DNA of 50,968 bases from an uncultured Alphaproteobacteria bacterium (GTDB taxonomy: Bacteria > Pseudomonadota > Alphaproteobacteria > Rickettsiales > UBA1997): the NCBI GenBank assembly GCA_903927415.1, contig CAIYMZ010000115.1, positions 1 to 50,968 on the forward strand, given 5' to 3'. The notes under the pieces are model-generated. The model did no database searches, had not been told where the DNA came from, and saw only the letters and a program-made list of their open reading frames with translations. Both the position numbers and the translations under genes were made by a program. Positions within the stretch are counted from its first letter, which is position 1; each line of letters starts with the position of its first letter. Shown here piece by piece: positions 16,082 to 26,638 of the stretch.

Positions 16082-17016
16082 AAAAAAACGCCGCCTTTTC
16101 TCTCATCGAACTTTCGGTCGTCATACTAATTGTGAGCATTCTTATTGTTGGTGCTGTTGAGAGTAAAAAATTTGTACAGAAGGCGAAATTGACTACGGCC
16201 AGAACTCTCACTACGACTTCTCCAGTTAATGATATTTCTGGTTTGCAGCTGTGGTTAGAAACATCTTTGGATAGCAGTTTTATTAAGGCTGAGGCCGCGA
16301 ATAACACTTTTGTTAGCACTTGGTACGACAACAATCCCAATGCCGTCACACAATCCAACGCCACCGCTCCTGTGAATCGACGTCCGAAATACATGCAAAG
16401 CGGGATTAACGGTCTTCCGGCACTACAATTTTTTGCCGACGGCGATTGGGATGTAATGACTGTTGCCGGGCCATACATTGGCAGCACCACCGCACCAGCA
16501 ACTTACGACAATTATTCAATATTCATTGTCGCCCAAGCAACAACAACGCACGGGATTGATACGGAAAGTTACTCTGGCACTGGCGGAACTTCCGGTCAAA
16601 ACTACTTGATTGGTCCAAACCATCCGAACCTTTACACTGGCCTTAGCGCCACCGGTTCCGGAGTTTCATTTGGCACTAACGGAATTTCTGTTTACGAACA
16701 TGCTGGTGGTTACATGCCCTCACCCATTGTTTACCAAGCCACCCTCACCAATCCGATCGCGATTCTTTTGCAATATAACAACAAAACCTCATCGATTTAT
16801 GTCAACGGCACCTTGGCACGCACAGCTCCGTCACAAAGTGCCAAGAATTATATTTTTCCAAGCAGAACGATTGGGGATGAAAATACTTACAACGGCACAA
16901 GCTATGGCTCCTTTCGTGGTTTTGTTGGAGAGGTGATTGTGTTCAACAGAATTTTACTAGCTGCAGAAAAGGCGAGTGTGAATAATTACCTGACGAAGAA
17001 ATGGAATATTAGCTAA
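16078..17016 (+). CDS. Prepilin-type N-terminal cleavage/methylation domain protein with LamG-like C-terminal domain
   Basis: 312 aa. MKKNAA|FSLIELSVVILIVSILIVGAV is a class III signal with Phe+1 and Glu+5. The C-terminus GFVGEVIVFNRILLAAEKASVNNYL resembles the final strand and helix of LamG/ConA-like domains. ATGA overlap with mlaF. Confidence 0.65.
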   Translation: MKKNAAFSLIELSVVILIVSILIVGAVESKKFVQKAKLTTARTLTTTSPVNDISGLQLWLETSLDSSFIKAEAANNTFVSTWYDNNPNAVTQSNATAPVNRRPKYMQSGINGLPALQFFADGDWDVMTVAGPYIGSTTAPATYDNYSIFIVAQATTTHGIDTESYSGTGGTSGQNYLIGPNHPNLYTGLSATGSGVSFGTNGISVYEHAGGYMPSPIVYQATLTNPIAILLQYNNKTSSIYVNGTLARTAPSQSAKNYIFPSRTIGDENTYNGTSYGSFRGFVGEVIVFNRILLAAEKASVNNYLTKKWNIS

Positions 17017-17863
17017 TATCTGAACTCACAAATTCCCCGTAAGCATCATTCAAAATCCGCGCAATTTTTCTATTTTTTCCACCAGCAATTAATTTCCCGT
17101 CAATTTTTGAAATAGGTCGCAGAATCAAGCTGGAGCTAGTCAAAAACACTTCTTTTGCTCGCATCATTTCCTCAAGCGAAAAATTTCTTTCCGCGATTTT
17201 AATATTTTTTTCCGCCGCAATTTTGAGCAGGCGATTGCGCGTGATGCCGCAGAGAATCAGGTTGTCCGGCGCTTTGGTGATTATCACGTCATTCTCGTCA
17301 ACAATAAAAGCATTGGCGTAAGTTGCTTCAGTGACAATGCCGTCACGCAAAAAAATCGCGTCGTCAAATCCGTGATCCTTGGCTTTTTGGTTGATTAACG
17401 CTGAGGCGAGAAGGCCGACTGTCTTGATGTCACAACGTTTCCAGCGAATATCTTCGTGGGTCATTAAAGAAAATCCGCGTGCGAATTCTTCCTCAGAAAC
17501 TTTTTTGCGCGGCGAAACTGTGGCGCAAATTGTTGGGGTTAAATTTTTTGGACAGTAAGGAATGCGATTGGTTTGACCGCGCGTGATCTGCATGTAGCAA
17601 GTTCCGTTGGTCATTTTATTGCGCGCGAAAAGTTCGAGCTGGATTTTTTTTAATTCTTCTGCGGAAAAATTATGCTCGATTTTTACTTCGCGCAAACTTC
17701 TGAAAAAGCGCTCCATGTGCGCCTCGCCATCGATTAATTTTCCATTTTCAAAAAGCGTAACTTCGTAAACTCCGTCGGCAAATTGGAAGCCACGATCTTC
17801 AATGTGGATGAGGCAGTTTTCGTGGGGAAGGAATTGGTTGTTGAGGTAGGAGATGCGGGACAT
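17009..17863 (-). CDS. dat: D-amino-acid (D-alanine) aminotransferase, class IV PLP enzyme
   Basis: 284 aa. EDRGFQFADGVYEV and RCDIKTVGLLASAL (PLP lysine region) match Dat. Confidence 0.82.
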   Translation of the reverse strand: MSRISYLNNQFLPHENCLIHIEDRGFQFADGVYEVTLFENGKLIDGEAHMERFFRSLREVKIEHNFSAEELKKIQLELFARNKMTNGTCYMQITRGQTNRIPYCPKNLTPTICATVSPRKKVSEEEFARGFSLMTHEDIRWKRCDIKTVGLLASALINQKAKDHGFDDAIFLRDGIVTEATYANAFIVDENDVIITKAPDNLILCGITRNRLLKIAAEKNIKIAERNFSLEEMMRAKEVFLTSSSLILRPISKIDGKLIAGGKNRKIARILNDAYGEFVSSDIS

Positions 17864-17898
17864 GGGGATAAAAGTAGTTGATTCAACAATAAATTCAT

Positions 17899-17987
17899 CG
17901 TCATCCTTGGCCGAAGGCCGAGGATCTCGTGAGTTTGACTTTTAGAACTAAGCTCCTGAGATCCTCGGCCTTCGGCCAAGGATGACG
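17899..17987. repeat. Family-C palindromic element (30-bp perfect inverted repeat)
   Basis: CGTCATCCTTGGCCGAAGGCCGAGGATCTC (17899-17928) is the exact reverse complement of 17958-17987, with a 29-nt spacer. The left arm recurs at 49499-49536. Confidence 0.85.
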
Positions 17988-18026
17988 TGACACGCGAGAT
18001 TCGTGCCAAAGATGATGAGAAGGAAA

Positions 18027-19487
<1,461 letters not shown>

Positions 19488-19489
19488 TT

Positions 19490-19648
19490 ATGTTTCGCAT
19501 CATTCTCATCATCACCTTAATTCTAATTGCCGTTCCACTCTTCAACAAAGCAAAAAATTACATGGGAGATGCTGCACACAAGGCCAAAGCCCTTGGCCAA
19601 ACAACGGTAAAAGCGGTAAAATATTTGGATGGGGAAAGGGAGAAATAG
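19490..19648 (+). CDS. Candidate 52-aa small membrane protein (not in the ORF track)
   Basis: Hand translation gives MFRIILIITLILIAVPLFNKAKNYMGDAAHKAKALGQTTVKAVKYLDGEREK. It has an N-terminal TM helix and a basic tail. No clear SD. Confidence 0.3.
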   Translation: MFRIILIITLILIAVPLFNKAKNYMGDAAHKAKALGQTTVKAVKYLDGEREK

Positions 19649-19651
19649 GCT

Positions 19652-20077
19652 CTAATTATCTTCGAATCCGGTAATTTTTTTCATCTCAGCACGATGCCTC
19701 TCCACTTCTTTTTTTAAAGCTTCTCGTTGCTGTGGAGATAGTTTTTCCATCATTTCATGACGTTTATCCATTCTAGATTTTTCTTCCGAAGAAGCGTTGT
19801 CATAACCCTCTTTCCTTGCTTCCTTTTTTTCTTCATGCATTTGCTTCATTTTTTCACGCTCTTCTGGCGACATATTAGCCATTTTTTCTTTGCGCTCCAT
19901 CATCCGTTTTTGCTCTTCCGGAGAAACATTTTTATAGCGTTCATTCATCGCATTTTTTTGTTGTATCATTCTCTGTTCTGATCCTGTTGACGCTGCTGTA
20001 GAAGAAGTTGAGTTTTGCGCATTCACTCCATTTGAGCAAATTATGGCGAGGGATAAAAGTGCTAAAAATTTTTTCAT
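19652..20077 (-). CDS. Secreted helical repeat protein with LTXXQ-like motifs (Spy/CpxP-like?)
   Basis: 141 aa. Signal peptide MKKFLALLSLAIICSNGVNA. Repeats VSPEEQKRM, MSPEEREKM, SSEEKSRM and LSPQQREAL. Confidence 0.45.
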   Translation of the reverse strand: MKKFLALLSLAIICSNGVNAQNSTSSTAASTGSEQRMIQQKNAMNERYKNVSPEEQKRMMERKEKMANMSPEEREKMKQMHEEKKEARKEGYDNASSEEKSRMDKRHEMMEKLSPQQREALKKEVERHRAEMKKITGFEDN

Positions 20078-20159
20078 AAATTTATTTTGGATTGATGAAT
20101 GGCTTCAAAGGGAAGTTGCTTGAAACGTTTCGTTACTAAAAAATTTAATCAACCACAGC

Positions 20160-21833
<1,674 letters not shown>

Positions 21834-21900
21834 TGCCGTGAGGTCTTTTTAGTGTCACACTGAGCTTGTTGAAGCATTGTCACCGAGAGAAAAACCAAAT

Positions 21901-21939
21901 AAAAAACCCGACTCTTTTTGTCAAAGAATCGGGTTTTTT
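21901..21939. terminator. Bidirectional rho-independent terminator between ccmG and rpmB
   Basis: AAAAAA-CCCGACTCTTT-TTGTC-AAAGAATCGGG-TTTTTT. The 11-bp stem has one mismatch and is flanked by an A-run and a T-run. Confidence 0.7.
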
Positions 21940-21960
21940 ATTTTTTAAAAATTCAAAAAA

Positions 21961-22308
21961 TTACGCTGCTTTTTTCTTCACTACTTTTTTCTCTTTCACA
22001 ATTTTTACTTCTTCCAGCTTACCCAACTTAATCAATTTTTTCTTAATTTGGATTCTAAGCTTCTTAGCTGAGTCGGTAAGTTTTGCATAGCTGTAATTAA
22101 CCAAAAAATTATCAATGCTGCCATATTTATTGACGGTTCTGAGAGTAGAAGCCGCAATTTTTAAATTTAAATCTGCACCAAGAGCATCGCTCTTGAAAGA
22201 AATTTCTTTGAGATTTGGTAAAAACCTTCTTCTGGTTTTGCGGTTAGAGTGAGAAACTTTGTTTCCACTCATTACGCCAACAGCAAGCAATTCGCATCTT
22301 CTAGACAT
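21961..22308 (-). CDS. rpmB: 50S ribosomal protein L28 with Lys-rich C-terminal extension
   Basis: 115 aa. MSRRCELLAVGVMSGNKVSHSNRKTRRRFLPNL. Confidence 0.92.
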   Translation of the reverse strand: MSRRCELLAVGVMSGNKVSHSNRKTRRRFLPNLKEISFKSDALGADLNLKIAASTLRTVNKYGSIDNFLVNYSYAKLTDSAKKLRIQIKKKLIKLGKLEEVKIVKEKKVVKKKAA

Positions 22309-22344
22309 CGTGAGAAAACCTTTTTTTAAATTTTAGAGAAATTT

Positions 22345-22707
22345 TTATCCTTGGCAATCATAAGCACTTTTGCCGGTGATGGCAGAAACAATAGATGGAG
22401 CACCAAACATTGCCGCAATACCAGCAGCAACACCAATCATCAAACCCCAAGAAACTTTTCCGGTAAAAAAACCGATGCCAACGGAAAGAATTGCAAAAGC
22501 CGCAAATGCTTTACCAGCATTGCCAGTGATGATTTGCATCACGTTGCACATGGTATCAACTAGAATGTTTGAGTTAACGCCCTGACTGATCGATGAAGTA
22601 GAAGCAAAGGCGTCAGAAGATAGAACCGGAACAATTGCTGGAGCAATCGCCAAAAAGAAAAAAGACAAAAGAGCGGTTTTTGTCAAAAAAGCAGAAAATT
22701 TTTTCAT
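22345..22707 (-). CDS. virB2: VirB2/TrbC-like T4SS pilin candidate
   Basis: 120 aa. Long signal peptide ending AFAS. Two hydrophobic helices (AFAAFAILSVGIGFF and WGLMIGVAAGIAAMFGAPSIV) separated by a short basic loop (TGKVS), the VirB2 topology. Confidence 0.6.
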   Translation of the reverse strand: MKKFSAFLTKTALLSFFFLAIAPAIVPVLSSDAFASTSSISQGVNSNILVDTMCNVMQIITGNAGKAFAAFAILSVGIGFFTGKVSWGLMIGVAAGIAAMFGAPSIVSAITGKSAYDCQG

Positions 22708-22824
22708 AATTTTGTTTTGATTAAAATTTTTAAGAGAGAATTTTTTATGGCTGAAGAGCCATGGCGGGTAAAGCGCGGCGCAACTTGCCTGACCTATTTT
22801 AAAATTGCAACAAAGAATTTTATT

Positions 22825-23700
22825 TCACTGTAAAATTTTTATTTCCCATTCCAAATCGACACCAGATTTTTCTTTGACTGTTTTTTTTACTTCATTCCCA
22901 AGGTTAATTAAATTTTGCGCGCATGATTTGCCGCGATTGATCATGAAGTTGCAATGCTTCTCTGAAATTTGGGCATCGCCGACAATTTTTCCACGACATC
23001 CAGCTTCATCAATTAGCTGCCATGCTTTTTTTCCTGTTGGATTTTTGAATGTACTACCGCCGGTTTTAGCGCGAATTGGCTGGGCTTTTTCTCGCTGTTG
23101 GTTTAGTTCAGAAATTTTTTCTGCAACAGCTTCAATCGTTGATCTCGTTGTCTTAAAAACACCTTCAACAAAAATAAATTTTTTAGAAATTTTGCTACCG
23201 CGATAAAAAAATCCGAAATCTTTATTTTTTAATTCAACCAAATTTCCGTCGAGATCGAGAGCTTTTGCGCTCACCAAAATTTGCGAAATATCTGAACCGT
23301 AGCAGCCAGCATTCATTGCAATTGCACCACCGACAGAACCGGGAATGCCGCTAAAAAACTCTAGACCAGAAAGTGCGGCATTTTTGCTATGCAGTGCTAC
23401 GTTGCCGCAAAGCGCTGCTGCACCAGCTTTGATGATTTCTTCATCACAAGAAATTTTTGCAAACTCACCAGAAAGCCTTACCACTACTCCCTTCACGCCT
23501 TCGTCACTGATAATTACATTCGATGCCGCTCCGATGATTTGAACTGGAATTTTTTTCGAATAATTTTTGAGAAAATTTTGCAAATCTTCGATATCGGCGG
23601 GACGAAAAAGGATTTCAGCCTTGCCACCAACATCAAACCAATTTTTCAGTTCAGCATTGTAGCGGTAAGCTCCACGCACTGTGGGTAAATCGTAAGTCAT
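22825..23700 (-). CDS. murB: UDP-N-acetylenolpyruvoylglucosamine reductase
   Basis: 291 aa. FAD-binding IIGAASNVIISDEG, GIPGSVGGAIAMNAGCYG and GGSTFKNP. Confidence 0.92.
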   Translation of the reverse strand: MTYDLPTVRGAYRYNAELKNWFDVGGKAEILFRPADIEDLQNFLKNYSKKIPVQIIGAASNVIISDEGVKGVVVRLSGEFAKISCDEEIIKAGAAALCGNVALHSKNAALSGLEFFSGIPGSVGGAIAMNAGCYGSDISQILVSAKALDLDGNLVELKNKDFGFFYRGSKISKKFIFVEGVFKTTRSTIEAVAEKISELNQQREKAQPIRAKTGGSTFKNPTGKKAWQLIDEAGCRGKIVGDAQISEKHCNFMINRGKSCAQNLINLGNEVKKTVKEKSGVDLEWEIKILQ

Positions 23701-24464
23701 TTGTGAATTAGATTAAAAATAACGGAGGTGCGGCCTTCTTTTACAGCTTTGCGCTGGTATTTTGTTTCGACCCAATCTTGCGGAAAAATTTCCCAATCTT
23801 TTTCTGAATTTGCGAGCCAAGAAAATTTTTTACTACGAGAAATTGTGGATAGTATCCAAGTTTTGTAAGAGTCGTGATCTGTTGCGATTACTATCTTGGC
23901 ACCAGTTTTCATTTTTGGCGACAAAACTTCATCCAAAAAATTTGTATCGATCAAACGACGCTTAAAATGTTTTAACTTCGGCCAAGGATCAGGAAATAAA
24001 ATAAAAACTTCATCGAAGAATTTTTGCGGAAATTTTTCGAGAAAAATTCGCACATCATCACGAGAAATTCTTAAATTTGGCAGAGGCTCAATTTCGAGTT
24101 TTGCCAATAAATTCACGACTCCGTTGATGTGTGGCTCTGAACCGAAAAAAAATTGATCAGGATTTTTTTGCGCTTTTTCGAATAAAAAATCACCGAAGCC
24201 GAAACCGATTTCTAAAGAAATAGGCGTTAGGCGTAAGGCGTTAGGCGTAAGGTAGTTTTGGGTTACTTCGTATTTCGGTAAAAAATTTTCGAGGAGGAAA
24301 TTTTTGTGGTTTGAAAGTTTGCGACTTTTGATACGCCCGAAACTTCTGATGAGGCGATCATTCCCCCGCTTAGAGGGAAAGTCATCGCGTTGCGAACTTT
24401 GTTCGCAGTTGCGTGACGAAGGGGGAGAATATTTATTTTGAAAGTTTTTTAACTCTTGCTGCAT
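23697..24464 (-). CDS. trmB: tRNA (guanine-N7)-methyltransferase with atypical N-terminal extension
   Basis: 255 aa. LEIGFGFGDFL (SAM motif), FFGSEPH and ILFPDPWPK. The only ATG gives a 32-nt overlap with rpiB. Confidence 0.85.
   Translation of the reverse strand: MQQELKNFQNKYSPPSSRNCEQSSQRDDFPSKRGNDRLIRSFGRIKSRKLSNHKNFLLENFLPKYEVTQNYLTPNALRLTPISLEIGFGFGDFLFEKAQKNPDQFFFGSEPHINGVVNLLAKLEIEPLPNLRISRDDVRIFLEKFPQKFFDEVFILFPDPWPKLKHFKRRLIDTNFLDEVLSPKMKTGAKIVIATDHDSYKTWILSTISRSKKFSWLANSEKDWEIFPQDWVETKYQRKAVKEGRTSVIFNLIHK
24221..24252 (-). repeat. 4.5-unit GCCTAAC/GCCTTAC heptamer array in-frame in trmB
   Basis: The plus strand reads TAGGCGT-TAGGCGT-AAGGCGT-TAGGCGT-AAGG. It encodes LTPNALRLTPI just upstream of the SAM motif. 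Confidence 0.85.
24361..24430. repeat. Imperfect 70-bp palindrome inside the trmB N-terminal extension
   Basis: Centre TGCGAACTTTGTTCGCA (24391-24407). Outer arms are TTCCCCCGC... and ...GAAGGGGGAGAA, a C5/G5 pair as in the ubiE and eno inserts. Confidence 0.6.
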
Positions 24465-24873
24465 GCCTTCCGCCTTCGAATTCAGTGATGAGAAAGGCCT
24501 TCACGATTGCCAAAGCCGCTTTATTTTTTGTTACTCTTGCCCCCAAAGAAATCACATTCGCATCATTGTGAGCGCGCGCTAATTTTGCTGATTTTACATC
24601 ACAACAAAGTGCGGCACGAACATTTTTAAAACGATTGGCGGCGATAGAAATTCCAACGCCACTACCGCAGATTAAAACTCCGAATTCTGTTGTGATTTTT
24701 TTGCTCAATTTTTGTGCGTAGTCAGGATAATCAACCGACTTTTCTGCGGAGTTACATCCGAGATCAACTGGCTTGCAGCCTAGTTTTGTAAGCTCTTCAA
24801 CGAGAAATTTTTTTAGTGAAAATCCGGCGTGATCAGAAGCGATGAGAATTTTTTTTTCTGCAAAATTTTTCAT
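24433..24873 (-). CDS. rpiB: Ribose-5-phosphate isomerase B
   Basis: 146 aa. IASDHAGFSLK, ICGSGVGISIAANR and FEGGRHAARV. Confidence 0.92.
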   Translation of the reverse strand: MKNFAEKKILIASDHAGFSLKKFLVEELTKLGCKPVDLGCNSAEKSVDYPDYAQKLSKKITTEFGVLICGSGVGISIAANRFKNVRAALCCDVKSAKLARAHNDANVISLGARVTKNKAALAIVKAFLITEFEGGRHAARVKKLSK

Positions 24874-24927
24874 CTGAGAAACAGAAAAATGGGAAAGAAT
24901 TTTTTCCTTCCCAATGTGAGGAAAATA

Positions 24928-25398
24928 TTAACGTTTGCGGTAGGTCTGAGCTTTACGAGCTTTTTTGAGGCCATATTTTTTACGCTCAACAACTCGCGAA
25001 TCGCGGGTTAAGAATCCACCAACTCTTAATGCTTTGTGAGTGATTGGATCAAAAGCGACTAGAGCTTTGCTGATTCCATTGGATAAAGCTCCTGCCTGTC
25101 CACTTTTTCCGCCACCAGCAATTGTTGCAATAACATCAAATTTGTTTTCACTTTTAACTGCTCCAAATGGGGCTTTGGCAATGTTAAAAAGAATTTCTCT
25201 GCCCAAATAAATTTTGGCATCTTGTTCATTAATTTTGATTTTGCCGGTTCCTTTTTTAATCCAAACGCGAGCAACAGCATTTTTTCTTTTGCCAGTTGCA
25301 TAGGCACGTCCTTGTGCATCAACCTTCTTTTCTCTAACGATCGCAGGCTCAACCGCTTCTTTGATTTCGATAATTTTTTCTTTGATAATTGAAGACAT
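24928..25398 (-). CDS. rpsI: 30S ribosomal protein S9
   Basis: 156 aa. GRAYATGKRKNAVARVW, GGGKSGQAGA, and a C-terminal ...KKARKAQTYRKR. Confidence 0.95.
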   Translation of the reverse strand: MSSIIKEKIIEIKEAVEPAIVREKKVDAQGRAYATGKRKNAVARVWIKKGTGKIKINEQDAKIYLGREILFNIAKAPFGAVKSENKFDVIATIAGGGKSGQAGALSNGISKALVAFDPITHKALRVGGFLTRDSRVVERKKYGLKKARKAQTYRKR

Positions 25399-25407
25399 AA
25401 AATTTGT

Positions 25408-25875
25408 TTAGTTGGTTTTTTTATTTTTACGATTCATGGCAGCGATGTCCAAAATTTGTGGATTTTGTGCCTGATGTTTATGCTCCGGACCCTTAAAAAG
25501 ACGCAGCTTCAGCATGATGTCGCGCTGTAAAGGACCGCGAGAAATCATTCTTTCAACAGCATATTGCAAAATTCTTTCTGGAAATTTTCCCTCAAGAATT
25601 TCACGCGCAGTTTTGTCTTTGATTCCGCCTGGATGACCGGTATGCCAGTAGTAAAGTTTTTCGGCATATTTTTTGCCGGTTAATTTTATTTTTTCGGCAT
25701 TGATGACGACGACATGATCACCACAATCAAGATGTGGAGTAAACGTGGTTTTGTGCTTACCGCGCAAAAGGTTTGCAATGATGGTAGAAACGCGGCCAAC
25801 GACTAAATCTTCGGCATCAATCAACCACCATTTTCTTTCAATTTCGCTAGGTTTAGCGGAGTAAGTTTTAAGCAT
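25408..25875 (-). CDS. rplM: 50S ribosomal protein L13
   Basis: 155 aa. [27 protein letters not shown] and [10 protein letters not shown]. Confidence 0.95.
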   Translation of the reverse strand: MLKTYSAKPSEIERKWWLIDAEDLVVGRVSTIIANLLRGKHKTTFTPHLDCGDHVVVINAEKIKLTGKKYAEKLYYWHTGHPGGIKDKTAREILEGKFPERILQYAVERMISRGPLQRDIMLKLRLFKGPEHKHQAQNPQILDIAAMNRKNKKTN

Positions 25876-25953
25876 AAAATATCCTGTTCTGTTCGTTCGT
25901 ATTTTTGAAAGTTAAGTGTAACGTCTCAAGGCGTGGGTAGGAAGGGGCGGCGC

Positions 25954-25981
25954 ATTAAATTTGCGAAGAAGCAAAAGTCAA
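25954..25981 (-). promoter_or_regulatory. Sigma-70-type promoter of rplM-rpsI
   Basis: On the minus strand, TTGACT-N16-TTTAAT is followed by the GC-rich discriminator GCGCCGCCCC. The architecture matches the tRNA-Thr promoter. Confidence 0.45.
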
Positions 25982-25989
25982 ATTAAATT

Positions 25990-26562
25990 TCAGATTACAG
26001 GAAATTCTTCTCGCAACAAACTGAAGGAATAAACATCCACAAATCGACCACGATGATAGCGATGCTGACGCAAAACACCTTCCAACGTAAATCCACTTTT
26101 CAATAAAAGATTTTTAGACGGAATGTTAAAAATAGAGGCGACAGCTTCAATTCGATTCACTTTCCATTCTACAAAAGCATATTTTACCACGGCCATGATT
26201 GCTGATGTCATGATACCTCGACGCCAATAAGGGGCAGACAAGTCATAGCTTAATTCGATACGACTTTGGTAAGGATTATGCCCAGTGATCCCAATCGAAC
26301 CAACCATCTCACCACTTTTTTTGTCAGCGATAGCAAAATAAACTCCGTCATTTTGGTAAAAAATTCCACGCCAGTAAAGCAATTCTCTTTTGGCCTCTTC
26401 AATAGTCTTTGGAATTTCGCACAAGATAAATTCGTTAACTTGTGGATCGGAATAATAACCAAAAAAAGTTTCGACATCGGACTCTTGCTTCTCGCGTAAA
26501 ACAAAATCACCAAGATCAATTGTTGGAAAAATTTTTGCTACAGGATGATGAATTTCTTGCAT
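25990..26562 (-). CDS. GNAT-family N-acetyltransferase (RimJ/RimL-like)
   Basis: 190 aa. Core YWRRGIMTSAIMAVVKYAF (acetyl-CoA binding), NIPSKNLLLKSGF and REEF. Confidence 0.75.
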   Translation of the reverse strand: MQEIHHPVAKIFPTIDLGDFVLREKQESDVETFFGYYSDPQVNEFILCEIPKTIEEAKRELLYWRGIFYQNDGVYFAIADKKSGEMVGSIGITGHNPYQSRIELSYDLSAPYWRRGIMTSAIMAVVKYAFVEWKVNRIEAVASIFNIPSKNLLLKSGFTLEGVLRQHRYHRGRFVDVYSFSLLREEFPVI

Positions 26563-26638
26563 TAAAACTTGCTTGATAAATTGCGGATTTCGTAGTGTTG
26601 GAATCGGTTATTTTAAAAACCAAATTTAACTTTTGAAC

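Noticed and set aside
16074-16490. Long antisense or alternative-frame ORFs inside well-supported genes. Examples: 16074-16490 (-), 20417-20851 (+), 45147-45581 (-), 18455-18811 (+), 18991-19338 (+), and the cluster at 10444-10877.
   Set aside because: They lie entirely within genes that have strong family signatures (pilin-like gene, tgt, nuoG, eno, virB6 tail). Their translations are Arg/Ser/Pro/Cys-rich with low complexity and no recognisable motifs. These are shadow ORFs arising in locally GC-richer coding DNA.
16078-17016. Horizontal transfer of the prepilin-like gene, inferred from apparently high GC (hand counts of 29/60 and 32/60 in two lines).
   Set aside because: Conserved housekeeping genes in the window (for example murB and metC) reach similar local GC (29-31/60). 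Composition alone therefore does not single this gene out.
21850-21886. Possible degenerate family-A flank (GTGTCACACTGAGCTTGTTGAAGCATTGTCACC) downstream of ccmG.
   Set aside because: It shares only short pieces (CACTGAG, TTGTCACC) with the sequence flanking the copy at the window end. The similarity is too weak to annotate without an alignment tool.
22740-22800. GC-rich patch with a small hairpin (ATGGCT-GAAG-AGCCAT) upstream of virB2, considered as a possible riboswitch or sRNA.
   Set aside because: It has only a 6-bp stem, and no recognisable conserved riboswitch core or terminator. The evidence is insufficient to call a feature.
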